A stretch of DNA of 64,000 bases. It comes from Isurus oxyrinchus (taxonomy: Eukaryota). Shown piece by piece: positions 22,511-34,137 of this stretch; position 1 is the first letter of the stretch, and each line of letters begins with the position of its first letter. Under the pieces are notes generated by a model. It searched no databases, was not told where the DNA came from, and saw only the letters and a program-made list of their open reading frames with translations. Both the position numbers and the translations under genes were made by a program. The stretch lies in contig JANJGN010000026.1 of the NCBI GenBank assembly GCA_026770705.1, positions 40,238,001 to 40,302,000 on the forward strand. Direction: 5' to 3'.

Positions 22511-24356
22511 AGCTCTCAGGTTAACCCCTGTATGGTTAATTCTTAAATATCTGTATCTTTTTAATAATATATATGAAATGGACAATAGATGAGTGCAAAG
22601 CTTTTCTAGATGTGAGTGACCTAATGACAGGCAGCCGGGCAGCCGCCAATTGGCGCCTCGGTCACCTTTTCTTCCTGAACAGGAGGTCAGTTTCCATGGG
22701 GGCCTCCTCGGTAAGTTCCCGCGTTGTCCTTACTGACAGGCTGCCGGTGTCCTATTGAGCGGAAAGTATCTCGGAACAAATCGGCCTCAGAATCTGGGAA
22801 ACTTCAGGACGTGGTGACTGTTCATCAACTCAATCCAGGAAAAACGGATTGAAATAAAAAAAAGAAAACTGAAAAATAAACTTTACTGGTCCCCGTGGAA
22901 ACAGGAAACGATAAGCTTATCCCCTGGAACCAAATGTCACTCAACAAGAGAAGGAAAGACTTTTCCTGATGTCACGCTTTTCCAACTCAGGATTTCCAGA
23001 AGCCTTTCCAACCTCAGGAAGTACGTTTCCAGTGCACTCACTGTTGCGATATTGTAAACATTATTTCCACAAAGGAAAACGGGAATTTTTAATTCTCTGC
23101 CAGGATAGGTTGTCACTCTGATCCTGGAGCAAAGGAATTTGTGAGGCCAGGTGTTTTCCAGATCATTTCAACTTGCAGAAAATAGTAACCAGAACATTCG
23201 GTAACGAGCTGATGGACACCTCTTACTCTAAGACGCATTGAGCAAACCTGCTAAACATTGTGCCAACCTGCTTATTCAGACAACCCAGTGACATTGGAAT
23301 ACAATGATTCATAGTGTTCATCCTCTAAGTCCTCTGTGCCATCCCCCTCCTCCTTCAACTGCCATACCTTAGGAGGCCGTTGATGACCATGGACTTACAT
23401 TGGATTGGGCTATGATTATGTTTGCAAGGTACTGCAGTTGTTTGTCGTTGCTTTCTGCAGTATTACTGACCAAGAATCTCTCCTCTCTTGTCACCTACCA
23501 TCAAGCATATTGGAAGCATTTACAAACTGATAAGCAACCTTTTTGACCACGTTAGGAACTGACTTTCTGTGGCCATAATGTCCTGAATTGAGACTTGAAC
23601 CTGAAGCTTCTGACCCAAAAGTATGGACGCTGCCAGTGCTCACGAAGACCTTCTTCCATGCGTAATTCATACATTGGCTCTTGCCCTAAATACACTATCG
23701 TTTGCGGTGAAGTGTCATCAATATATTTCCTGTAATGCCCAGCGGTCACCTGTGACAGCGGTGAACTGACGGCTCTGTCACTTTTGGACAGATAAAAGGA
23801 TTTGAAGCGCCATCTAGTGGAACCCTGTCTGTGAAACAACGATTCTCAACTTATTCTCGAATATTGCTGCATGATATTGGTGGATAATTATTATGGCATC
23901 TTATTATTTTTTTTTGCTCAGATTTTATTATTACTGCACCTGATGCCTTTTTTCATTCTTTTGCTTTTGCTATATGCGCTATTTCATATTAGTTGCAAGA
24001 TTATTTGTCTGTTTTCTAACATGCCTACGTCATTAGTACAGTGCATGTCATTTGCACACATGGATGAGGTTCTCATTAATAAATTCATAAACCCACAAGT
24101 TATGAGGTTGGATTGTAAATTTCTAAAGAATGGAATGCTTCTAAGCCCCCTAATCATAAAACAGGAATGTCAACCAAATTTCAATTAGCGAATGTATCAG
24201 AGTATTTTTCTACGATTAGGAATAAAAAAGTGAAATTTTACGGCAGTAATTTCTTCGTATGATCAACTTTGCATTTTCCGTTTACCGATTTCACTTCCAT
24301 CACACTTACTTCTAAAGCCAATGGGCTTGTTTTCTCCTCAGTCCCCATGTTGAGTG

Positions 24357-24674
24357 AATTATTGTACAGCTCCTCCTCCCCTTATTTCACCATGCCTCTC
24401 TGTACTGTAATACACGCAGCGTCTGACAGCTGAACCGTGTCAACAGTGAGAGTGATGGAGCTTTTCTCACGGTCCACCCCTATTTTAAACTTTCCCTCAA
24501 CTCTTTCATTGCTGTAAGTGGAAACAAGATACTCGGGAGCTTGATTGGAGAATTGCCGTTACCAGAATACAATATCATTTTTCGTGAATATAGCATTGTG
24601 ATGAAGCAAAATGGTTTGTCCAACAGTTCCCCAAAACATCGATATCTGAAATGTCTTCCAGTGACAAGGAAGAA
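24357..24674 (-). pseudogene. V pseudogene lacking both canonical cysteines (family E, copy 1)
   Basis: cgcag|LPCHWKTFQISMFWGTVGQTILLHHNAIFTKNDIVFW*RQFSNQAPEYLVSTYSNERVEGKFKIGVDREKSSITLTVDTVQLSDA, frameshift, VYYSTER. RSS CATGGTG-22-ACAATAATT. Confidence 0.85.
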
Positions 24675-24964
24675 CTGCGAAGACATGAATAACATTAGCT
24701 TAATGACACAAGAGTGGATAAAGCACTTGCGGATGTTGGCAGAATCTACTAATCTGTCTATTGATCTCTCTCTATCTATTTATTTATCTGCATCTCTACA
24801 TTCCGATCTATCTATCTATTTGCATATCTATGTATCTCATCGTTCTTGAATCTTTCTCACGGATATCTACTATCTTGGTCTCAGAGAGGCAGAGTTATTT
24901 CACTGTTTATCTCTTTACTTTGAACAAACAAATATCGGAAATTCAATTTAATATTTTTTGATGC

Positions 24965-25216
24965 TCTTCATCTGAGCCAACGTAGAGCCGCCAGTCCAGT
25001 TCAACCCTTTGATCTTCCCATGACTCCACCTACTCAGGGTGGGAGCTCTGATCCTCACACCAAACGGCTGTGAACAAAAGAAAAACCACTGAACCACCAC
25101 AGGGTACCGACAGATTGGTTAAAAACAATACCTCTGATGAGATAAATAAACTCACACAATATCAACAGCAATAGGGCTCCAACTGGAATCAGGTCTTTGC
25201 AGGAGTTTCTGTTCAT
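24965..25216 (-). pseudogene. 3'-truncated family-F V (copy 2)
   Basis: Leader MNRNSCKDLIPVGALLLLIL|gtgag and exon start VWCEDQSSHPE* align with 300-501. Confidence 0.8.
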
Positions 25217-25622
25217 GACGATGAAGATGGACAAAGGGCAGATTCAATCAGGGTCTGATTTCCAGACTGCGACTTGTTGCCGAATCCAGGACTCTCAATG
25301 GGGGGAGGGGGGGTGGGGAGGTGGAGAGGGGAGAGCATTACATTCTCTTTTTGAATGTGAGACTGATGGGCGATATTCTCACCGGTTGGACAATTATGGG
25401 ATGTCGCTATATGACGTTATTCCTGGTGCCACCCAGCGATTGGCTGTTTCTCAAAACGTAGGCCACTTGAAAAGCCAGTGCTTCCGAACCTCGCTGCTTC
25501 CTGCATGTTGCACCAGGTTATAGTGTTTCATAATGCCTGTGCTCTGTTGTCTTTACAAATGAGAAGAGGCGTTAGTCATCTTACAACAGAAGGAGAGGAA
25601 GTTCAACCCACTACCCATGTGT

Positions 25623-25905
25623 GCTGGCTGTCACGTAGTGTTATACACTTACTGTGAATCATGTGTCTGCTGCCCGTATATTGTGCCTTTAAGAAAAATA
25701 TTTTTACTGGTCAAATGTTGACCTATTTGTCTTCCAAATTATTTGTACATTTTGTTTTCATCGCTGGCTGTCACATAGTGTTATACACTTACTGTGAATC
25801 ATGTGTCTGCTGCCCGTATATTGTGCCTTTAAGAAAAATATTTTTACTGGTCAAATGTTGACCTATTTGTCTTCCAAATTATTTGTACATTTTGTTTTCA
25901 TCGCT
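25623..25905 (+). repeat. 140-bp tandem duplication, 2 copies
   Basis: gctggctgtcac...ttttgttttcatc occurs twice; I see one mismatch. Confidence 0.95.
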
Positions 25906-27339
25906 GTTTCTCATGAGCCATCACATCCTCTAACATTCCACTTCTCAAAATACGAAAACGGTCTACTCTCTCCTCCACTAGAATAATGGTAAAATTCAAT
26001 GATGCCATCGAGTTACCCACCCGTTCACTCTCTCTTTTTAACCTTTTCCAAACCTTTCCTGATTGGGTACAGTTCTGTCATTCTACTTCTTAACCTGCTG
26101 TGTTCTGGTGAAAAGATCTCCAGCTGCTCAAGTTTCTGCTCAGGATGATCGTCTCTCATCCGGCAACATCGTGCACAGTTCATCCCACACATTGTATTTC
26201 AGGTTGACACCAAACGAAAGAAGAGTCACAAAACTGACCCAAGAGTTTGAACTGCGTCCTCAGCAATGATCTGTCCAGCTTTATTCTTGATTCTGAGTTT
26301 AACAATCCATGCCCCTGTTGATTAATGTGATTCTTTAACTCTTTATCTGCAGCTTGTTCCACACTTTCTGCATCTGGGTTCTGAATTTTTTCTCCTCCTT
26401 TACCCATTAAAGTAAATGTTTCTTCTTCGTATCCCATAACCTTTCAACCCCTTGCTTAGCAAGAGCCTTAAAAATATCCAAAGACTCTGTTTCCACCACC
26501 TGTTTTGTTTCAGATTTCCAGCATCCGCAGTATTTTGCTTTTATCATCAAACCCGGTATTTAGCCCATGAATTTTTTAAAAAATTTATTTTAGCGTGGAA
26601 GGGACATTTTCTACATAATGGTAAAGATTGTGGACGTTGTATTTTTATGTATTTTATTTGAAGTGACACTAAAACATAAAAATGAAGTATTATTAACAAA
26701 AAATAAAGCATGCGCTCTAGGGTTTGGGCATCGCTGGCAATTCACCTACTGGCTGTCCATCCATAATCGGACCTTTCAACGTCTGGATCTCCCAACTTTA
26801 ATAATATGGCCCAGCATGTTTGGTGCATCCGTTTGAAATCTTGCCCCACATGGGCAAATAATGCATTGGAGAAGTGAACAACATTATGGAGTGTTTAACA
26901 TCGAGCCAACAAGGGCACAAGTCAGAGGAATTCCTTAATGAAACGTCTTTAGTTATATCAGCCAAGTAAGAATGAGATCATTGAAGTTTGGCGGTAGTGC
27001 AGAGGTGACCCAAGAGTTTAGTTCTTCAGCTTGAAGTCTGTGAGTCGGGAGAAAAAACCTAAATAGTCTTTTTGGACTGTTATTGCACAAAGAGTGAACG
27101 ACAATTGGACCAGTTTTCACACAGAGTGACAGAGTCCACAAATATGGAATTATCTCTGTATAGCTAGAGGGCATTGTAGGGGTTTGGTGTTTTCTATAAA
27201 GACGAATGAAATTGGAGGTAATCTTTTAACCTGATAATGGATGATCAGATGGAAATTAGGGGCAGAGAGTAAGGGTAACGAGAATTTAGTTGGGCCGAAC
27301 GCTTTCTCATCCGTCAGTATCCACCAGAATCGGGCGATG

Positions 27340-27915
27340 AGCAGCTCACCTCCTGACTCCCCAAAGCCGGTCCACGATCTACAAGGCACAAGTCAGGAAT
27401 GTGATGGAATACCCCCCACTGGCCTGGATGAGTGCAGCTCCCACAACACTCAATGAGCTTTTCACCATCCAGGACAAAACAGCCCACTTGCTTGGCACCA
27501 CATCCACAAAAATTCACTCCTTCCACCACAGACACACAGTAGCAGCAGTGCGTATCATCTAAAGATGCACTGCAGGAATTCACCTAGGGTCCTTCGACAG
27601 CACCTTCCAAACCCACGACCACTACCACCTAGAAGGACAAGGCCAGCAAATAGTCGGGAACACCACCACCTGGATGTTGCCCTCCAAGTTGCTTTCAATC
27701 ATCATCCTGATTTGGAATTAAATCTCCGTTTCTTCACTGCCGCTGGGGTAAAATGCTCGAACTTCCTTCCTAACAGGACTGTGGTTGTATCTACGCCAGA
27801 TGGAATGCAGCAGTTCAAGAAGGCAGCTCCACACCTCCTTCTCAAAGGCAACTAGGGAAGGGCAATAAATGCTGGTCCAGCCAGCGAAGCCCACATCATG
27901 TCAATGAATAATAAA
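27340..27915 (+). mobile_element. CR1/L2-clade LINE 3' fragment
   Basis: Homologous to 7340-7875 (MHCRNSPRVLRQHLPNPRPLPPRRTR). Confidence 0.85.
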
Positions 27916-28471
27916 AAAGGCACCTTCTGACTTTGAGGTTGATCTGCTGCAGTGATAACACCAACACAATAATTGAATCCCTCGAGGTGGCGTGGAATAA
28001 ATTGTACTCTGACAATTTCCGCAATTTAACTAATAAAAAATGAGCAGCATCTTGTGTGGTGATCTACTGTGGCTATCTGTAAGCGTGCAAGTGTGTTGTG
28101 TGTGTGTGTGTGAGGGGGTTGGCGGGGGGGGGGCGGGTGTGGGGTTCGGGGGTGTGTGTGTGCACCTGTGTGTTCATCGGTATGTGACTGTGCGGATGTC
28201 CAGTGTTCTAGGTGAGGTTTGTACTGCCCAGCTGAGGGCGCTTCCTGATTCCCCTGCAACATGATGTGCTTTTTCAGAGAGATCTAAATGTTGAAGAGAT
28301 TCCCACCGGCCTTCTGTAGCCTCGCCGCTGTTTTTCATTTCCGCAACCCACCGCCCCTCTCCTCGCCACACGACCCACTGCCCCCTGCACACACCTCCCA
28401 CCTCACCCCACGCTCACAACCGTTATGTACCATTGATCAAAATTTGTCATTCTGCAGCTCAGGCTAGGACG

Positions 28472-28700
28472 ATGGAAGTGGGATTTTGGCTTTAGTTATT
28501 GTCCTGATGTCTGGTCAGTGAGATTGGGACATTGCTACAATATTCCACCATTTTGTATAATTTCCCAGATCCATCTCTGGTGACCACCCTGTTTCCGTTA
28601 CTTCGCCTAACACATTGTGTGGCCACTTTTCATTTTCAGAGATAAGTAACGGGCATTCAGTGCCGCAGTCGAATCAAGAAATCAAATCAGATGCTTCCCC
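28472..28700 (+). pseudogene. Family-G leader and start of V exon (relic)
   Basis: MEV, frameshift, ILALVIVLMS|gtcagt...ttttcag|ISNGHSVPQ. Inverted paralogue at 63200-63456. Confidence 0.6.
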
Positions 28701-29422
28701 AGGAAATTATAAAGGAAATGAATGAGAAAATACATCCTGATCCAGGCAGGTTTGTCCAGCTTGATTCATCGCTGTCAGTCTTAAGAATATTTAAATTTCT
28801 CGATCATTTTAAGTTAGGATCAAGTTCAGATATTCCCGGCCCCGGTTTTAGTAAAAATATGTAGATTTCTGAATGAATACCAGAGCCCCCATCTCCTGGC
28901 TTGACCCTTCAGGTCAAATTTTGAAAAGACCCCTCACCATCGCAGAGTCATGATCGCTTAATTATGTCCCCCATTCACTTTCGGCTAAGACTAGTCATGC
29001 AACCCATTGTCTGTGCAATGATTTTGATTATTTTCCACTTCACGTGTTACAGGGGGGATTGGGGGTGGAGGAGGGAGACAGACAGAGAGAGAGAAACAGA
29101 GAGGGTGGTGGTGAAAGCGCGAGACAGAAAGACAGAAAGAAAGACAGAAAGATAGAAAGAAAGAAGAAATGAAAGAAAGAAAGTCAGAGGGATAGAGAGA
29201 CAAGCCAAACCAAAATCCCGCATTCACACAATAAGTGGAATCCCTTCTGTCTTTAATATCAGAAAGAATGGTCAATAAATTTAAAACATTCTGCGATTCT
29301 CTATCATATTCAAAACCAGATATTACGTGCTCCCATGTCTCTTTCTGATAATAGCATTCGAGCTACTTTTCATGAGCTTATTTACTCCCAGAATTTCGAC
29401 AAACTTTGTGTTTTTGTTACAG

Positions 29423-29745
29423 GAACGAGTGCCCAAGATTCAGTGTCTCAGGATCCTCCTGAATTAATGGTTCAAGGAAGACAGACGCCGATCTGTAGTT
29501 ACGCCACATCCACCAGCAAACTCGAGTGATATATTAAATATCCCGGTGGTGTTCCGAGATTTTTACTGAAGAGTTTTGGTAATGGGCAAGGACATGATTC
29601 TCCAATTTTCTCAGAAAGGTTTTCTCCTGATTTGGATAAAAAGAAGAAACCTGCCCATTTAACCCTTGTCCCTGACTCTGCCGCATATCACTGAGCACAG
29701 AGCCCCATGCTGTTACAGAGCCACAGTCAAGGTGTAAGAAACGCG
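29423..29745 (+). pseudogene. Family-A-like V pseudogene
   Basis: ttacag|TSAQDSVSQDPPELMVQGRQT..CSYATSTSKLE*YIKYPGGVPRFLLKSFG...SERFSPDL...DSAAYH*. Confidence 0.85.
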
Positions 29746-30308
29746 AGAAGGCGCCCTCATCTACCGTCTCAGAATCAATTCTGTGGCCTGGATTGTTAAC
29801 TGGTAATAGAACCGAAACCAAATTAAAGACTAGTATGGCTGAATGGCACATTGCTACGTTGCAGGCCCTGTGTCATTCTCTGGAGCCTTCCTCTTAATAT
29901 CAGCTGTGGGTGTTTCCCATGGTCAGTAAGCAGCACCTTTAATGCAGCCTGCGGCATTCATACAAGGACAACATTAATCATTTCCCTTCATTGCCAACTC
30001 CTCACACACTGAGCCCTATGAAAGGGCCAACGTTTAGTTGAATCCTCATCTCGATCCCCGCTGGAGGAATAATAACTTCACTGATCCGTTGCACTCCTCT
30101 CTGACGCAACTCACTGGAGAGCTATGGACCTGTGAGCTGATTGGATGAATTGGAGGACAAAGGCTCGTGGAGCTGATTGGACGTCACTTGATGACTCTTT
30201 AAGGAATGGACGAATCGCTGGGGAGACCGGATATAAATGAATATCTTTAACTCCTCAATTACAGATTCAGTCCGTTCTGTTTCAACCCACTACCAATTCG
30301 GGGCAAAG

Positions 30309-30606
30309 ATGTTGGCTTTTGCTTTTTATTCATTTCTCACAGCTGCAGCTCTCTTACCCGGTAAATCTACAAGTTAGACAATCTTCCTCTTGCAGGACTC
30401 GTTGACATTCATTTAATGATGTTTCCCTCTACCTTCATTGTGATCTGTTACATTATGCTGCTAGTTATCATAAAATGACAATAAAATAAGATATTAACTT
30501 TCTTTACACCTAAATATCTGCAGAAATTCAGGATGCAGACTCCATCTCACAAGAGCCGGTTACATCAATGTGATTTGTAGGAGATGAGGTGACAATTAAG
30601 TACTGA
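30309..30606 (+). pseudogene. Truncated family-B V (copy 2)
   Basis: Leader MLAFAFYSFLTAAALLP|gtaaat. Exon from 30524 reads IQDADSISQEPVTSM*FVGDEVTIKY*, then homology ends. Confidence 0.85.
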
Positions 30607-32249
30607 AATTGGGCAGCTTTGGCACTGAGACATAATCCCAGCCTGATGGGATAAATGGAAGTGGATATTAATTCATTCTGCAGGACTCGGTGATGAGGTG
30701 TCATTATTTGTCCTCATTATTTGTCCTCGAATTACGACTCCAATCCCAGAGAAATGTGACTGGTTCTTTAAAGCTTTGACAAATGAAAGAAAGTTGTGCG
30801 TTGTAGCAGGGCAAACAGAGATGGGACACAAATATAAAGAAATGGTGAAGGAAATACTGAGTAGGTCGGGCAGAATCTGAGAATAACAACAATATAATTA
30901 ATGTTCTGGGACAGTGACCTTTCATCAGAACTAGGACACTTTTACTTGGAAATGAAGGGGAGGGAGAGAAGAAGAACTGAAGGGACGAACTATGATGGGG
31001 TGCAGGGAGAAGAGATTAAATAAGAAAAATATTCATGGTGCAGTAACTGGACATGTAAAGAAACAGAAAATGTGTCCACAGGATGTGTGAATGGCAGGTT
31101 TCTGAAAAGTAGGATTCAAAAAGCAAAGAAAATGGAATAAGGGCACATCAGAAACACAAAACAAAACCAACTGGCGAGGAAAATAGAAATAAAATTGGAA
31201 ATCAATTCGGCTGGCCAGTAACGCCCACATCCGGAGGATGAAGAAAACTTCCTGAGCCATTACAACACATGATTATTACATCTCAAAATCATCATTGCAT
31301 CCTCTCCCCTTCCTTCTCAGTCTACTACCTTTAATTAAAGTTATGGAAAATTCTCTAGTTCATCTTCTTTATGTCTAAAACACTTTAGTCCAGTTTTGGT
31401 GACTTGATGAGCTCTTTGTGTGGTCGACAATTTCACTTGAAATGTTCAGTTTCACAATGAAAACACGCCTGTTTTCCATTACAGGAATTCCCAGCAGGGA
31501 ACAGATTCGTTTTAAATCAATTAACATCAATGGTTCAATGCAACACATGTAGGTGATTCCCTCATGGAGGGGCGGGCTCCACTCTCGGGAATGGATGGAG
31601 TCTGTTGCGTGATCCGGACATTGCACACAGCGCTCTGAGGCAGATTCTCCTCAAGAAAACGCTAAATTAAAATTAAAAAGTGCATTTTTCTGCATCCTGG
31701 AAATTAGAGATTTAAACAAGAATTAAGTGCATTTAACGAACGGTGCTAGAAACAGGAGTAAGGCAAGTTACGAAATGCATCTGAATCCAATAAGTGGTTT
31801 CTTCACAAGTTAGTTCAAATGTCTTACCCTATCACTAAATTGCCCAATCACCAGAATTGTTTTGGGAAACTCGAATACATTGGATAAGGCTTCATGTAAA
31901 TATGTTCAAGGCTGAGTGAGACAGATTTTTGATCCACCAGATAATCTCCTGTTATGGCTGACATGTAGGAGATTGGAGTTAAAACACAGTCAGATCAACC
32001 ATCTAACTGACTGGCCGAGCAGACTTAAGCGCCAAATGGCTGCTCGTGCTTCTATTACTTATCTTCTTAATTCTTAAGTTCTTTTGCAACACGCCTAAGA
32101 AGAAATCACCTGGCCGTTATGAATTTGCTGTGTGTGGAATCTTGTTGTTTGTGTATTCACCGCCAAGTATCATATATTACAACAGTTGATTGGCTGTGAG
32201 GATCTTTGGGATATCGTGTCCTTCTGAAATGCGCTATATAAATACACGA

Positions 32250-32946
32250 AGGAGAAAGATAGATAAGATAGAGAGCTAGAGGGAGCCAGAGGGAAATGTC
32301 AGAAAGAAAGAGAGAAAGAGAAATGGGTAAAAAAAAGAGAGTAAAGGAGAGATAGAGAAAAAAGTGAAAGGCATATATAGAGAGAAAGCAAGATAGAGAA
32401 AGAGCGATAGAGAAAAAGAGCGAGATAAAGAGAAAAATAGATAGAGGCTCATACAGTCACGGTGAGGAAATTCGAAAGAGAGGAGAAAAAGGGGGAAGAG
32501 AAAGAGACGGCAGGAAACATACAAATTTAAGGCGATAGAGAGGTCGGGGTGGGGGCAGGGATGGAGAGACAAAGAGAAAAGGATGAGATGAAAAGAGAGG
32601 GCTGATATAGGGAATCATACACAAAGAGAGAGAAAGAGTGAAGGGTATGGAGAATCAGAGAGAGAGGGGAAAAGGGTGTAGAAAAGAGAATGAGAGAGCT
32701 GGGCACAGAGAGGGAGGAGATGGAAAATCAGACACAGGAAGTTAGGCAAAGAAAGATTAGGAGAGAAATTAGAGAGTTTCATACTCACCATCCCAATTGT
32801 TCTGTATTCCCTTGACGGACTCTCACAGTCCTTCTGCCTCCCTTCCCATGGCGAGGAGAGAGACCCTGGGCAACGGGGTTTGGGCTGGGTGGGGGGAGGT
32901 TTAAAATATCAGAGCTGGAACACACACACACACACACACACACACA
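32250..32946. repeat. GA-rich low-complexity tract and (CA)n microsatellite
   Basis: Purine-rich 32250-32780; (CA)n at 32921-32946. Confidence 0.9.
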
Positions 32947-32989
32947 AAGACAGACAGAGAAACCAGATTCAGGCATTAATGCTCACCCA

Positions 32990-33370
32990 AAGCCGCGTGG
33001 TCTAGAAAAAGACACATTGATTCTCCAAACCTCTTATACCTCCCATGCCTGTCAGTCAAGCTTTCTGCATCTCCCAAATTATAACGCCCTCCCGTCCCCC
33101 CCCCCCCCCCCCTCCCGCCATCCAACCAGCTTACAGCTACCTCCACCTGAGGCACACCAACCCCAGGTGTGGCACAGAACAACCGAAATATTTGTTTGAC
33201 TGGGGGGGTTGGAAAACAGCAGGTAAATGGTTCAGTGCAGGGTTGTCTCCCCCCACTCTCTCTTTCTTCCCCCACCCTCCTCATCAGTCTCACAACTCAG
33301 GAACTATGGAGCTGAGAATCTGCAACTTGGAACTAAAGGAGGGAGCAGTTGGGGATCAGTCATTCATTCT
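32990..33370 (+). pseudogene. Possible very old V relic
   Basis: AYSYLH...QPKYL...GKWFSA...TMELRICNLELKEGAV follows V framework order; no RSS found. Confidence 0.4.
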
Positions 33371-34137
33371 GTAGCTCATTTTATGCCGGACTGAAGTAGT
33401 TAGACTGTTCCATCATCTGCTGCTTTATACTCACATTCCTTCAAGTTCAAACTTCAACACTTTCTCCCCGCTGTGTCTGTTGCTCACTGCATTGACTATT
33501 TCCGTTCAGCTTTACAGGACCATCTCTTGTGTCCACTGGAAAACTATGACTCAGTCCAGCTCTTTGCGCTTCAGACCTTACCGGTGCCAATGACACCGGG
33601 GCCAGGCTGCATGATTCATGGCAGTGAACTTAGTGCTGAGCAGTCAATGGTCCAGGCGTTTAAAACATTCAGAGATATTGAAATCCTTTAACACATGAAG
33701 GTGAGGGAGGGGGAGGCAAAGAATTAAAGTGGGTTTGGTCTGTGATATGATGGAAAATGGGGACAGGTGAAATGCTGCTTGGTGCCTTAGCGAGGCTGAT
33801 CTGGACAGACATGCAGTGGCTCCTGTCTTTCAGCCCGAGTGGGCTGCATGATGCAGGACTCTGTGTTCTTTGGTTGTACACACACGCACACATTGAGATA
33901 AACATCAACTCCTGTACCATGCGGCAATAAGGCTGGAAACTGTGCACTTAGCTTCCCAAAGAATACACTTTATTCATGGAATATCTGAAAATGCATTGAT
34001 TGCAGGACATAAAGTGCAGTGCAGTTCACTCTCCTTCAGTGCAGTGTGTGTGTGGCACTCTGAGCCACTTCTATACAGTTCCAAATTGGTTAGATTTACA
34101 ATTCGCATTTCACAATATCAAACATTCTCTGAAGCAT

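Noticed and set aside
22885-22950. J-like sequence on the minus strand (TTTGGTTCCAGGGGATAAGCTTATCGTT, roughly FGSGxKLIV)
   Set aside because: It needs a frameshift, has no 12-RSS upstream, and the paralogue near 44390-44460 does not keep FGxG
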